DNA from: Candidatus Latescibacterota bacterium
Lineage (GTDB): Bacteria; Latescibacterota; UBA2968; UBA8231
Assembly (NCBI GenBank): GCA_965248355.1
Contig: OZ252098.1
Span: 64,001-128,000 of the forward strand
Reading direction: 5' to 3'
DNA: 64,000 nt
Shown: positions 12,831 through 22,048 of the stretch, piece by piece
Position numbering within the stretch: the first letter of the stretch is position 1
How the letters are laid out: the number at the start of each line of letters is the position of its first letter
Program-made: the position numbers and the translations under genes
The notes under the pieces: generated by a model
Databases searched by the model: none
Seen by the model: only the letters and a program-made list of their open reading frames with translations
Told to the model about the DNA's origin: nothing

Positions 12831-14362
12831 CTCTGGCCCGCGCCTGCCTGGGGGCCCTCATCGGCCTCCTCCTCCTGGGCTCGCCCCTGGCGGCCGTCAA
12901 GGACCTGCGCACCAAGGAGCAGCGCCTCTACGACATCAAGCTGCGCAAGGCCCGGTGGGAGGTGGACAGCCGCCAGCTCGAGATGGACAACAACAAGAGC
13001 GACTACGACATCATCCAGGAGCTCTTCGACGAGAAGATCGAGACCCTCGAGAGCCTGAACAAAGCCCGGCGGGCCTTCCTGCAGTCGGAGCTGAAGTACA
13101 GCGAGGCCGTCTTCCAGCTCGACCGCACGCGGCTGGAGTTTCTCAAGGACGCCACCCACGTCGCCATCCGCGAGGCCCGCAAGTACCGCACCCTCGACGG
13201 GCGCCGCCAGGTCGACATCGTCCTGGAGAACGCCTCGCAGCTGGACCAGGCCCTCTCCCTCAACCCCGACAGGGAGGAGAGCGAGATCCGGCCCCTGCTG
13301 GAGATCCAGAGCCTCAAGGTCTCCCTCACCGAGTTCATGGGCACCATCGTCGCCGAGCCCTACGAGATCCTCGTGCCCTCCCTGCCCCTCGGCGAGCGCA
13401 TCCAGCTCACCTTCCGGCTGCTCCACGACTACGAGGACGTCGTCGTCGCCCTCACCTACCTCGACCGCAGCGAGGAGTCCCTGCACATCGTCATGCGCCG
13501 GGAGTCGAGCCAGGACCTGCCGACGATCAACTCGGTCCAGTTCTCCCAGGAGGGCGACCTCAACACGCGGGTCAACTACGACCTCATCCTCGAGCGCCTG
13601 GCCGAGGACGAGAAGACCTTCCGCCTGGCCCTGGTCAACCTGCCCCGGGAGATCACCCCCGCCTTCCTCGACCCGGGCACCAACGCCAGCCTCACCCAGG
13701 TCAAGTTCAGCGAGGAGGTGACGCGCCAGCAGCTGGAGCTCGAGCTGCAGATCCCCGAGAAGCTCAGCCGCGGCTACGTGGACCAGACGATCGAGTTCTA
13801 CGTCTTCGTCACCGAGGCCGACGGCTTCGGGCGCATCGGCGAGCTGCACCGCGAGCACCGCGGCCCCATTCCCCTGGAGGCGATCAACACGATCCCGGGG
13901 AACAAGGAGCGCTTCGAGCTCATCCCCCGGGGCCGCGGCGCCCTGGAGACCCTCATCGCCAACCGCTACCAGGAGGTGCGCACCGGCGAGGAGGTGCAGG
14001 TGCGCGTCGACCTGCTCAACACCGGGACCCTCGAGGTGGAGAGGGTGCACCTGGTGCTGACCGCGCCTCTGGACTGGACCTGGTCCTCCGACCCCGACAC
14101 CATCGACCGCATCCTGCCGGGGGAGAAGGAGCCGGTCAACATCACCCTCGTGCAGCCCTCCGGCCTCGGTGTCAGCGAGTACGACGTGCGCGTCGAAGCC
14201 GCCGGGTACGAGGGCCCCGAGCGCATCGAGGCCCAGGAGAAGGACATCACCATCCGTGTCGAGAAGCGGGCCCGGGTCATCCGCAACGCCCTGATCATCG
14301 CCGCCGTCATCGCCCTCGTCGTCGGGGTCGCCGTGGGCAGCATCAAGGTCTCCCGGCGCTAG
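12827..14362 (+). CDS. Paralogous hairpin/NEW3-like/TM protein
   Basis: Collinear with 11304-12830 (ATHVAIREARKY vs ATHIVVRDARKY; LPTINSVQFSQEGDL vs LPSINSAQFSQTGEL); ends TM + KVSRR; ATGA overlap. Confidence 0.75.
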   Translation: MTLARACLGALIGLLLLGSPLAAVKDLRTKEQRLYDIKLRKARWEVDSRQLEMDNNKSDYDIIQELFDEKIETLESLNKARRAFLQSELKYSEAVFQLDRTRLEFLKDATHVAIREARKYRTLDGRRQVDIVLENASQLDQALSLNPDREESEIRPLLEIQSLKVSLTEFMGTIVAEPYEILVPSLPLGERIQLTFRLLHDYEDVVVALTYLDRSEESLHIVMRRESSQDLPTINSVQFSQEGDLNTRVNYDLILERLAEDEKTFRLALVNLPREITPAFLDPGTNASLTQVKFSEEVTRQQLELELQIPEKLSRGYVDQTIEFYVFVTEADGFGRIGELHREHRGPIPLEAINTIPGNKERFELIPRGRGALETLIANRYQEVRTGEEVQVRVDLLNTGTLEVERVHLVLTAPLDWTWSSDPDTIDRILPGEKEPVNITLVQPSGLGVSEYDVRVEAAGYEGPERIEAQEKDITIRVEKRARVIRNALIIAAVIALVVGVAVGSIKVSRR

Positions 14363-14441
14363 CCCCCGGGCGGCCCTTCTCCTGGTAGCGGCCCGCCGTG
14401 CGCCGGGCTATATTCTGACGGTCACAAGCCGAAGGGGGGCC

Positions 14442-15233
14442 ATGAAATACGACATCGGTGATCTGCTCAATTCCTGGCCCTTCGATCCGGACGAGTTCAT
14501 CGCCCGCCGGATCACCGCCCGGGACGGGGCGGAGAAGATCCAGATCCGCATCGACATGGGGATTCTCCAGCTCGAGGTTCGCGGCCGTCCCGACGGACAC
14601 CGCCCCCACGGGGCCGAGTCCTTCCTGCACCACTTCCGCCAATCCCTGGCCCACCGCTCCGCTCCGGCCCCCAAGGGCGGCACCCAGCTCGACGAGCAGA
14701 GCTGCGAGGACCTCTTCCAGGAGGCCTGGCAGTACTACCAGCGCTACCTGGCCCTGTTCTACCTGGAGGACTACGAAGGGGTCGAGCGCGACACCGGCCA
14801 CAACCTGGCCATCTTCGACCTCGTCCATCAGCACGCCGACAGCGACGAGGTCAAGTGGTACTTCGAGCAGTACCTGCCCCACGCGGTGATGATGCAGGCG
14901 AGGGCCCGGGCCATGGCCGCCCTCGAGGCCAAGGACTACGGCGCCGCCCTCCGCCACGTGCAGCGCGGCATCGACCGCATCGAGGAGTTCCTCGGCGAGT
15001 GGGAGGGGGAGGGGGACGTGATGGACGAGGAGTGCCCCGAGCTGTCCTTCCTCACCGACTGGTACGAGGAGCTGGAGAAGGAGCGGCCCCTGTCGCAGAA
15101 GGAGCAGCTGGAGCGCGACCTCCACGTCGCCGTGGAAGCCGAGAACTTCGAGGAGGCGGCGCGCCTGCGCGACAAGCTGCGCACCCTTAGGCCCGCCTTC
15201 TTCAACCCCGAGCGCAGCTCCTCCACCTCCTGA
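14442..15233 (+). CDS. UvrB/UvrC (UVR) motif-containing protein
   Basis: C-terminal LERDLHVAVEAENFEEAARLRDKL; N-terminal KIQIRIDMGILQLEVRGRPDG. Confidence 0.8.
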   Translation: MKYDIGDLLNSWPFDPDEFIARRITARDGAEKIQIRIDMGILQLEVRGRPDGHRPHGAESFLHHFRQSLAHRSAPAPKGGTQLDEQSCEDLFQEAWQYYQRYLALFYLEDYEGVERDTGHNLAIFDLVHQHADSDEVKWYFEQYLPHAVMMQARARAMAALEAKDYGAALRHVQRGIDRIEEFLGEWEGEGDVMDEECPELSFLTDWYEELEKERPLSQKEQLERDLHVAVEAENFEEAARLRDKLRTLRPAFFNPERSSSTS

Positions 15234-15264
15234 AGGACCCGCCGCGCGCCGTCGGGCGGCCCCC

Positions 15265-16062
15265 CTACAGCCCCAGCACGTCCCCCATGTCGTAGAGCCC
15301 CGGCCCGGCGGCGGCGGCGAAGCGCGCCGCCCGCAGGGCCCCGAGGGCGAAGGCGTCGCGGCTGGTGGCGTGGTGGCGCAGTTCCAGGTACTCCCCCGAA
15401 GCGCCGTAGAACACGGAGTGATCGCCGGCGACGTCGCCGAGGCGCAGGGCGTGCAGGCCGATCTCGGTGCGCGTTCGCTCGCCGGTGACCCCTTCGCGGC
15501 CGTGGACGGCCACCTCCTCGAGGCGGCGCCCGACGCCGGCCGCGGCCCGTTCGGCCAGCCGCAGGGCCGAGCCGCTCGGGGCGTCGGCCTTGTGCCGGTG
15601 ATGGGCCTCCACGACCTCGATGTCGTAGTCGTCGCCGAGGATGCGCGCGGCCTCCTCCACGAGCTTGAAGAGGAGGTTCATGGCGGTGGAGAAGTTGGGG
15701 GCGATGACGCAGGGGATGGGGGCCACGGCGGCCCGGAACTCGGCCAACTGGCCGGGCGACAGTCCGGTGGTGCCCACGACCATGGCCGTGCCCGCCGCGG
15801 CGCTGGCCGCGGCGTCGGCGAGGGTGGCTTCCGGGGTGGTGAAGGCGACCACCACGTCGGCGTCGGCCGCGGCGATGGCCGGTTGAAGGCTCACGCCGAG
15901 GTGACCGCGGCCCAGGACCTCGCCGGCGTCGCGCCCCAGCCACTGGTGGCCGGGGCGCTCGCTGGCGGCGCTCAGCTCCAGGTCGTCGGCATTGAGGATG
16001 AGGTGGCCCAGGCGCTGGCCCATGCGGCCGGCGAGGCCGCAGACGGCGATGCGGACCGCCAT
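15265..16062 (-). CDS. dapB: 4-hydroxy-tetrahydrodipicolinate reductase
   Basis: GLAGRMG, VVGTTG, APNFS and EAHHRHKADAPSGSA. Confidence 0.96.
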   Translation of the reverse strand: MAVRIAVCGLAGRMGQRLGHLILNADDLELSAASERPGHQWLGRDAGEVLGRGHLGVSLQPAIAAADADVVVAFTTPEATLADAAASAAAGTAMVVGTTGLSPGQLAEFRAAVAPIPCVIAPNFSTAMNLLFKLVEEAARILGDDYDIEVVEAHHRHKADAPSGSALRLAERAAAGVGRRLEEVAVHGREGVTGERTRTEIGLHALRLGDVAGDHSVFYGASGEYLELRHHATSRDAFALGALRAARFAAAAGPGLYDMGDVLGL

Positions 16063-17099
16063 CAGTACCCGGCGTAGACGAGGGCTTCCACCGCCGCCGC
16101 GTCGTGCAGCCGGGCCTCCACGTCGACGCCGAAGGCCTCGCCCACCGGCGCCAGCAGGGCCGGGTCGTTGCGCCACACCTGCAGGGCCGCGTCGACGACG
16201 ACCGCGGCGCCCTGGCGGGTGAGCCGGCCCAGGGGCTGGCGGCAGGGGCCGGAGGGCATGCCGAGCACGTTCATCAGCGTCTTGACCGGCACCGGGTTGC
16301 GGGCCTTGCACTCCACCGGACCCCGGGCGCTCTGCTCGGTGGTCGTGACGCCGACGATGCCGAACAGTGGCTTGAGGTCCTCGGCCAGCTTGCCGGCCAG
16401 GGCGGTCTCGCCGCCGGAGATGGCGCGGGTCAGGCGCGTGATCGGGCCGGGAACGACGTTGGCGATCACCGAGATCACGCCGCCGGCGGCGATGGCCTCC
16501 CGCTGCATCATCTCCACGGTTCGGTCGTCGTCCCCGGACATGATGCTGAAGCCGGGTCCGCACAGGCGGCGGGTCTTCGCCATGTTGTCGTAGTCGCCGG
16601 TGGCCTCCTTCACCGTGGCCACGTTGGGATGCTCCTCATAGAGGATGGCAAGGTCCTCGGCGTGCAGCATCGTGCCCGTGCGGCCGGGGATGACGTAGGG
16701 GACGATGGGCAGTTCGGGGAACTCCGCCGCCACCGGGGCCACGTACTCGCGGCGGATCTCCACCGAGCTCGGCCCGTTGTAGTAGGGATCGACGAGGAGC
16801 ACGCTGTCGGCGCCGGCGTGGGCGGCATGGGCGGTGCCGGCCAGGGTCTCCCGCGTCGAGTTGCTGCCGGTGCCGGCCATGGAGCGGCATCGTCCCTTCG
16901 TCGTCCGGCAGGTGCGCTCGATGACCTCGTTGTGCTCCTCCCACAACAGGGTCGGGCTCTCGCCCGTGGTGCCCACGGCGACGATGCCGTCAATGCCGTT
17001 GGAAATCTGGAACTCGAGGAGCCGCTGGAGCCCCTCGTAGTCGACGCTGCCGTCCTTGCGGAGGGGGGTGACGGAGGCCGTGTAGCAACCCTTGATCAT
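16062..17099 (-). CDS. dapA: 4-hydroxy-tetrahydrodipicolinate synthase
   Basis: GTTGESPTL, GTGSNST, DPYYN and KEATG; translationally coupled to dapB. Confidence 0.93.
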   Translation of the reverse strand: MIKGCYTASVTPLRKDGSVDYEGLQRLLEFQISNGIDGIVAVGTTGESPTLLWEEHNEVIERTCRTTKGRCRSMAGTGSNSTRETLAGTAHAAHAGADSVLLVDPYYNGPSSVEIRREYVAPVAAEFPELPIVPYVIPGRTGTMLHAEDLAILYEEHPNVATVKEATGDYDNMAKTRRLCGPGFSIMSGDDDRTVEMMQREAIAAGGVISVIANVVPGPITRLTRAISGGETALAGKLAEDLKPLFGIVGVTTTEQSARGPVECKARNPVPVKTLMNVLGMPSGPCRQPLGRLTRQGAAVVVDAALQVWRNDPALLAPVGEAFGVDVEARLHDAAAVEALVYAGY

Positions 17100-17153
17100 C
17101 GATTGGCGAGCCTGTCTTGCGGGGATGGCGGATTGTGGCGAGTGTGTAGCGGC

Positions 17154-17182
17154 ATGATAGAAGCCGCTCCAAACAGTGTCAA
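17154..17182 (-). promoter_or_regulatory. Sigma70-type promoter for dapA-dapB
   Basis: Minus strand TTGACA (17182-17177)-N17-TATCAT (17159-17154), ~55 bp upstream of dapA. Confidence 0.7.
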
Positions 17183-17203
17183 CAAAGGAGCAGGACGACG
17201 GCG

Positions 17204-18379
17204 ATGACCGGCGAGCTCGGGATGCGGTACGGGTGCAACCCGCACCAGGCCGGGGCCCGCTGCTTCCTCGAGGACGGGGACCTGCCGCTGCAGGCGCTGC
17301 ACAACGCGCCGAGCTACATCAACCTCCTCGACGCCCTCAACGCCTGGCAGCTGGTGCGCGAGCTGAAGGCGGCCACGGGCCTGCCCGCCGCCGCCTCCTT
17401 CAAGCATCTGAGCCCCGCCGGCGCCGCCGTGGGCCGGCCCCTGTCCGCCGGGCTGCGGCAGGCCCTGTTCGTCCCGGAAGACGCGGAACTGAGCCCCCTG
17501 GCCTGCGCCTATGCCCGCGCCCGCGGCGCCGATCGCCTCGCCTCCTTCGGCGACTGGATCGCCGTCAGCGATCCCCTCGACCTGGCCACGGCCGAGGTCA
17601 TCCGTCCGGAGATCTCCGACGGCCTCGTCGCCCCCGGCTTCGAGGAGGGCACGGTGGACCTGCTGAAGGGCAAGAAGGGCGGCGACTACAAGATCCTGCA
17701 GATCGACGCCGGGTACGAGCCGGGGGCGGTGGAATCCCGCCAGGTCTTCGGCCTCACCCTGCAGCAGCGCCGCAACGACTTCGCGCCCGACGACGGGTTC
17801 TTCGCCGACGTCGTGACCGCGCGCAAGGAGCTGTCGGCGGCGGCCCTCCGCGACCTCACGGTGGCCACCATCGCGGTGAAGTACACCCAGTCCAACTCCG
17901 TGGTCTGCGCCGTCGACGGCCAGGTCGTGGGCGCCGGCGCCGGCCAGCAGTCGCGCATCCACTGCGTGCGCCTGGCCTGCGGCAAGGCCGACCGCTGGCA
18001 CCTGCGCCAGCATCCCGCGGTGGGGTCCCTGCGCTTCCGCAAGGGGCTGCGCCGCGCCGACAAGGACAACGCCATCGACCTGTTCTTCGAGGACGAGCTC
18101 TCCGGCGCCGAGGAGGCGGCCTGGCGGGAGTGCTTCCGCAGGGTGCCCGAACGCCTGTCGGCGCGGGACCGGCGGGAGTGGCTCGACGGCATGGAAGGTC
18201 TGGCCCTCAGCTCCGACGCCTACTTCCCCTTCCGGGACAACATCGACCGCGCCAGCCGCTCCGGCGTCGATCACGTGGTCCAGCCCGGCGGCTCCGTGAA
18301 GGACGCCGAGGTCATCGCCGCCGCCGACGGCTACGGCATGACCATGGTGTTCTCGGGCGTCCGCCTGTTCCACCACTGA
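17204..18379 (+). CDS. AICAR transformylase (PurH C-terminal domain only, no IMP cyclohydrolase domain)
   Basis: MRYGCNPHQ, SFKHLSPAG, KYTQSNSV, GAGQQSRIHC, SSDAYFPFRDNI and QPGGS; ends RLFHH; only 391 aa. Confidence 0.9.
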   Translation: MTGELGMRYGCNPHQAGARCFLEDGDLPLQALHNAPSYINLLDALNAWQLVRELKAATGLPAAASFKHLSPAGAAVGRPLSAGLRQALFVPEDAELSPLACAYARARGADRLASFGDWIAVSDPLDLATAEVIRPEISDGLVAPGFEEGTVDLLKGKKGGDYKILQIDAGYEPGAVESRQVFGLTLQQRRNDFAPDDGFFADVVTARKELSAAALRDLTVATIAVKYTQSNSVVCAVDGQVVGAGAGQQSRIHCVRLACGKADRWHLRQHPAVGSLRFRKGLRRADKDNAIDLFFEDELSGAEEAAWRECFRRVPERLSARDRREWLDGMEGLALSSDAYFPFRDNIDRASRSGVDHVVQPGGSVKDAEVIAAADGYGMTMVFSGVRLFHH

Positions 18380-18390
18380 AGGAGGGAAGC

Positions 18391-19359
18391 ATGAGCGTGA
18401 CCCCCGCCGAGCGGCGCCAATTCCAGGAGGAGGGATGGGTGATGAAGCCCGGCATCCTCGACGACGGCGGCGTGGAGCCCATCCGGCGCGGCCTCCACGC
18501 CGCCGTCGACCGCGAGGCCGAGCGCGCCCGGCAGGAGGGCCTCGTGGACGAGACCTTTCCCGCCGCTCCCTTCGACCGGCGCCTCGCCCTGCTGGCGGAG
18601 CGCTATCCCGACCAGGTCCCGCGGATCATGGCGCCCGTCAACAGCGGGCGCTTCGCGGGCCCGGAGCTGTTCCACACCCTCACCCATCCCAGGCTGCTCG
18701 ACGTCGTCCAGGGCTTCGTGGGCGAGCGGATCATCGGCTCCTCCGTCTACCGCGTGCGTCCCAAGCTCCCCCGCTGGGAGCGGGGCGAGGTCCCCTGGCA
18801 CCAGGACTCCGGCTACTTCCTGCCCCACTGCGACGACCTGCTGGTCCTCACCTGCTGGATCCCGCTGATCGACGTCTCCGTGGACAACGGCTGCCTGTGG
18901 GTCGTGCCCCGCAGCCACCGCAACGGGGTGTACCGGCACTACACGGGGGGGCACGGCGGCTATCTCGAGATCCCCGGAACGGTGCCAGGCGCCGAGCCCA
19001 TCCCCGTGGAGATGAAGCGCGGCGATGTCCTCTTCCTCACCAACCTCACCGCCCACGCTTCCTTCGAGAACCACAGCGACCAAGTGCGCTGGAGCCTCGA
19101 CCTGCGCTACCAGAGCGCCGAGGCGCCGAACAACGTGGGGGAGGACCCCGCCGCCTGCACGCCGGAGAGGGACCCCGTGACCATGGCCTGCTATCCGCCC
19201 GAGGCCGACTTCGTCATCCGCGACCCGGAGGCGCCGGAGCGCGAGTGCCGCACGGCCGAGGAGTTCTGCGCCCTCCGCGAGCGGTTCTACGAGAACCGCG
19301 CCTACATGCCCGGCCGAGGATGGACGCCCCTGGCGTCGCGGGGAACGGCCGGAGACTGA
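18391..19359 (+). CDS. Phytanoyl-CoA dioxygenase (PhyH) family protein
   Basis: WHQD, WIPLIDVSVDNGCLWVVPRSH, distal H and RWSLDLRY; GGAGG RBS. Confidence 0.9.
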   Translation: MSVTPAERRQFQEEGWVMKPGILDDGGVEPIRRGLHAAVDREAERARQEGLVDETFPAAPFDRRLALLAERYPDQVPRIMAPVNSGRFAGPELFHTLTHPRLLDVVQGFVGERIIGSSVYRVRPKLPRWERGEVPWHQDSGYFLPHCDDLLVLTCWIPLIDVSVDNGCLWVVPRSHRNGVYRHYTGGHGGYLEIPGTVPGAEPIPVEMKRGDVLFLTNLTAHASFENHSDQVRWSLDLRYQSAEAPNNVGEDPAACTPERDPVTMACYPPEADFVIRDPEAPERECRTAEEFCALRERFYENRAYMPGRGWTPLASRGTAGD

Positions 19360-19364
19360 CCGCC

Positions 19365-19985
19365 GTGACCCGGCCGCCCCTGCGCCTCGGGTTTCTGGCC
19401 TCCGGCGGCGGCACCAACCTGCAGTCCCTTCTCGACGCCTGCCGCGACGGGCGGCTTCACGCCGAGCCCCGCGTCGTCATCGGCAACAACTCCGGCTCCG
19501 GGGCCTTGGCGCGGGCGCGGGACCAGGGGCTCCCCGTCCGCCACCTGAGCGGCCGCACCCACCCGGACCCGGCCGCCCTCGACGCGGGGATCCGCGAGGC
19601 CCTGCTCGAGGAGGGGGCCGAGGTGATCTGTCTGGCCGGCTACATGAAGCGGGTGGGGCCGCGGACCCTGACCGCCTTCGACGGCCGCATCCTCAACATC
19701 CACCCGGGCCTGCTGCCGCGCCACGGCGGCCGGGGGTTCTACGGCCTGCGCGTGCACGAGGCGGTCCTGGCCGCCGGCGAGCGGGTCAGCGGCGCCACCG
19801 TGCACGTGGTGGACGAGATCTACGACCACGGGCCGGTCCTGGCGCAGGAGGAGGTGCCGGTAGAGCCCGGCGACACACCCGAGACCCTGGCCGCCCGTGT
19901 GCTGGAGGCGGAGCACCGCCTCTACCCGGAGACCCTGCAGAGGATCGCCTCGGGGCAGATCGACCTCGACCGCTACGCCGCCTGA
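19365..19985 (+). CDS. purN: Phosphoribosylglycinamide formyltransferase
   Basis: ASGGGTNLQ, LAGYMK, LNIHPGLLP, SGATVHVVD and EHRLYP. Confidence 0.95.
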   Translation: MTRPPLRLGFLASGGGTNLQSLLDACRDGRLHAEPRVVIGNNSGSGALARARDQGLPVRHLSGRTHPDPAALDAGIREALLEEGAEVICLAGYMKRVGPRTLTAFDGRILNIHPGLLPRHGGRGFYGLRVHEAVLAAGERVSGATVHVVDEIYDHGPVLAQEEVPVEPGDTPETLAARVLEAEHRLYPETLQRIASGQIDLDRYAA

Positions 19986-19992
19986 GGGGTCT

Positions 19993-20850
19993 TCAGTCCC
20001 AGGGATCGAGGCCGAGGAGCCTGCGGCCCAGTGCCGTGAGCCGGGCCGGCTCCTGGAGCCGGTGCTCCCGGTCGCGCGGGTCCCCCGGCCATCCCGGCGT
20101 CGGGCGGCGCTCCCGCCAGGCCTGGATCCGGGGCCGCGCCCCCTCGGCGTCGCCGGCCGGCGACATGGTGATGTACTGGGCCAGGCGCGGCCGGTCCGAG
20201 CGGTTGTGGCCGTTGCCGTGGGCCAGCAGCCGGTGCCAGATCAGCAGGTCCCCCGCCTGGCCCGGGATGGCCTTCACCGTCAGGCCCCCCAGGTCCGGAC
20301 GCGAGGGGTTGCGGTCCTCCGGCTGCGTCTTCACCCACTCCTCGAACATGCGGTGGAAGCCGGGCACGCACTGGAAGCCGCCCTGGTCCTCGGCCGTGTC
20401 GGTCAGGTAGAGAACCCCCTGCACCCCGAAGGCGATGGGCCGCTTCGAGGTGTCCAGGTCCCAGTGGATCATCCCCTTGTTGTTCCAGCCCGGTCTGTCC
20501 TCCCGCGCCGGCGGCTTCATGTTGGCCCGGTCGAGGGAGACCCACAGCTTCTCGTCGCCCCAGATCTCGGCGAAGGCCTGGTGCACCCTCGGATGCTGCC
20601 GGTTGTCCCAGATCGCCTGGTGCTGGTAGATCTCCACCATGCCGCCGCCCGAGATCGGCGAGCACCGGTCCTCGCGGGTGTACGGATCGTGGCGGTACCA
20701 GTCCTCGGGGTCGTCGCGGTCGATCTCGAGGAACTCCCAAATGGCGTCCACGAGGCGGTCGAGGTTCTCCCGGGGGACGGCGTTGGGCACGACGACGTAG
20801 CCGGTTTGCTCCCAGAAGCGACGATCCTGTTCCGACAAGATTCGCTGCAT
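19993..20850 (-). CDS. Phytanoyl-CoA dioxygenase (PhyH) family protein
   Basis: IHWD, QGVLYLTDT, GGFQCVPGFH and AGDLLIWHRLLAHGNG..R. Confidence 0.9.
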   Translation of the reverse strand: MQRILSEQDRRFWEQTGYVVVPNAVPRENLDRLVDAIWEFLEIDRDDPEDWYRHDPYTREDRCSPISGGGMVEIYQHQAIWDNRQHPRVHQAFAEIWGDEKLWVSLDRANMKPPAREDRPGWNNKGMIHWDLDTSKRPIAFGVQGVLYLTDTAEDQGGFQCVPGFHRMFEEWVKTQPEDRNPSRPDLGGLTVKAIPGQAGDLLIWHRLLAHGNGHNRSDRPRLAQYITMSPAGDAEGARPRIQAWRERRPTPGWPGDPRDREHRLQEPARLTALGRRLLGLDPWD

Positions 20851-20936
20851 CTCATTCTCCGGTCTTGATCTTTTGTTATTTTTCAAGTTCCTCCGGCGGT
20901 GAATTTTCAGAAGCGGAGTTGATCATCAGCCTTGTC

Positions 20937-21677
20937 CTATCCGGCCGGAGGGATCTTGGTCTCTGTCCACCTCCCTGAGCCGCCGTGTGTTCTCAGAGTC
21001 ATTGACTCTTCCGTCTTCTTCATCTCCACTACCATCTCGCTCATCAAATTCACGAATTCATCCTGTCTGTTCGGAACGCGCTTTCCCAGATCTCGAAGAA
21101 ACTCCTCGCCGTTGAACCTGTAGGCTGTGCAAGCAGAAAGGCACACTAGAACGAGGTGGTTTTCGTTCATCCCATAAGCAATGACATTGCACCATGCCTC
21201 CAAGTCTCCCGGGCAAGCAAGCGCCGCAATCAGGAACGACATGGCCGCCTCTTGCTGTCTGCCGCTCTGCTGGAATGAAGCGCCAAGGTTGAACCATGCG
21301 AGGCCATCCAAGGCATCTGTCTTCAGAGCCGCTCTGCAAGACTCCACGATCTCTGAGGCCTGAAGTCCATTTGGAAACTCCTCAGGGTACCTCGCTCGCC
21401 CCCGGCGTTGAGAGTCGATACCGACCTCCTGACGAATCCAGGTGAGTGCCATCCTTTTCAGTTCCCACTCAAAGTCATCAGTATCTATCGGTGCCTCGAG
21501 GAGTTGCGCAAACTCCTCCTCAGCCCTCTTGTACTCTCCCGAGAACATCAAAGCGTCGGCGTGCAGCAGCTTCGTGAGCCTGTGCTCTTCTAGTGTAAGG
21601 GCTCGGGAGTACGCAGTGACAGCAGCCCGATATCTCTGACCCAGGAAGAGAATACCTCCCACCTCTCGCCAGTAGTA
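20937..21677 (-). pseudogene. C-terminal TPR fragment of the disrupted DUF4365 gene
   Basis: YWREVGGILFLGQRYRAAVTAYSRAL and LAWFNLG...AAMSFLIAAL..PGDLEAW TPR helices; lower GC than its neighbours. Confidence 0.8.
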
Positions 21678-21754
21678 GGTAGTGTACCCCAAATCCTGGA
21701 CAGGTGGCTAAGCGAGACTTTGCGTCCACCGACCCACTGTCCGGAGGGGCTTGG

Positions 21755-22048
21755 ATGACGAGGAAACGCAAGACGCATTCGGCGCAGTTCAAGGCCAAGG
21801 TGGCCTTGGAGGCTCTGCGCGAACGGCAGACAGTCAACGAGCTGGCCCACAAGTTCTCCGTCCACCCCAGCCAGATCCACGGCTGGAAGAAGCAGTTGCT
21901 GGAGCGGCTGCCCGAGGTCTTCCGGGGCCCCGGGACCCGCCGGGCCGACGACGAGGCCGCCTTGGTGCCCGAGCTCTACCAGCAGATCGGGCGGCTGCAG
22001 ATGGAACTGGAGTGGCTTCAAAAAAAACACGAGGCTCTCGGTGGCTGA
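21755..22048 (+). CDS. IS3 family transposase OrfA (HTH)
   Basis: [17 protein letters not shown]...[13 protein letters not shown]...[16 protein letters not shown]8 run at 22020-22027. Confidence 0.9.
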   Translation: MTRKRKTHSAQFKAKVALEALRERQTVNELAHKFSVHPSQIHGWKKQLLERLPEVFRGPGTRRADDEAALVPELYQQIGRLQMELEWLQKKHEALGG

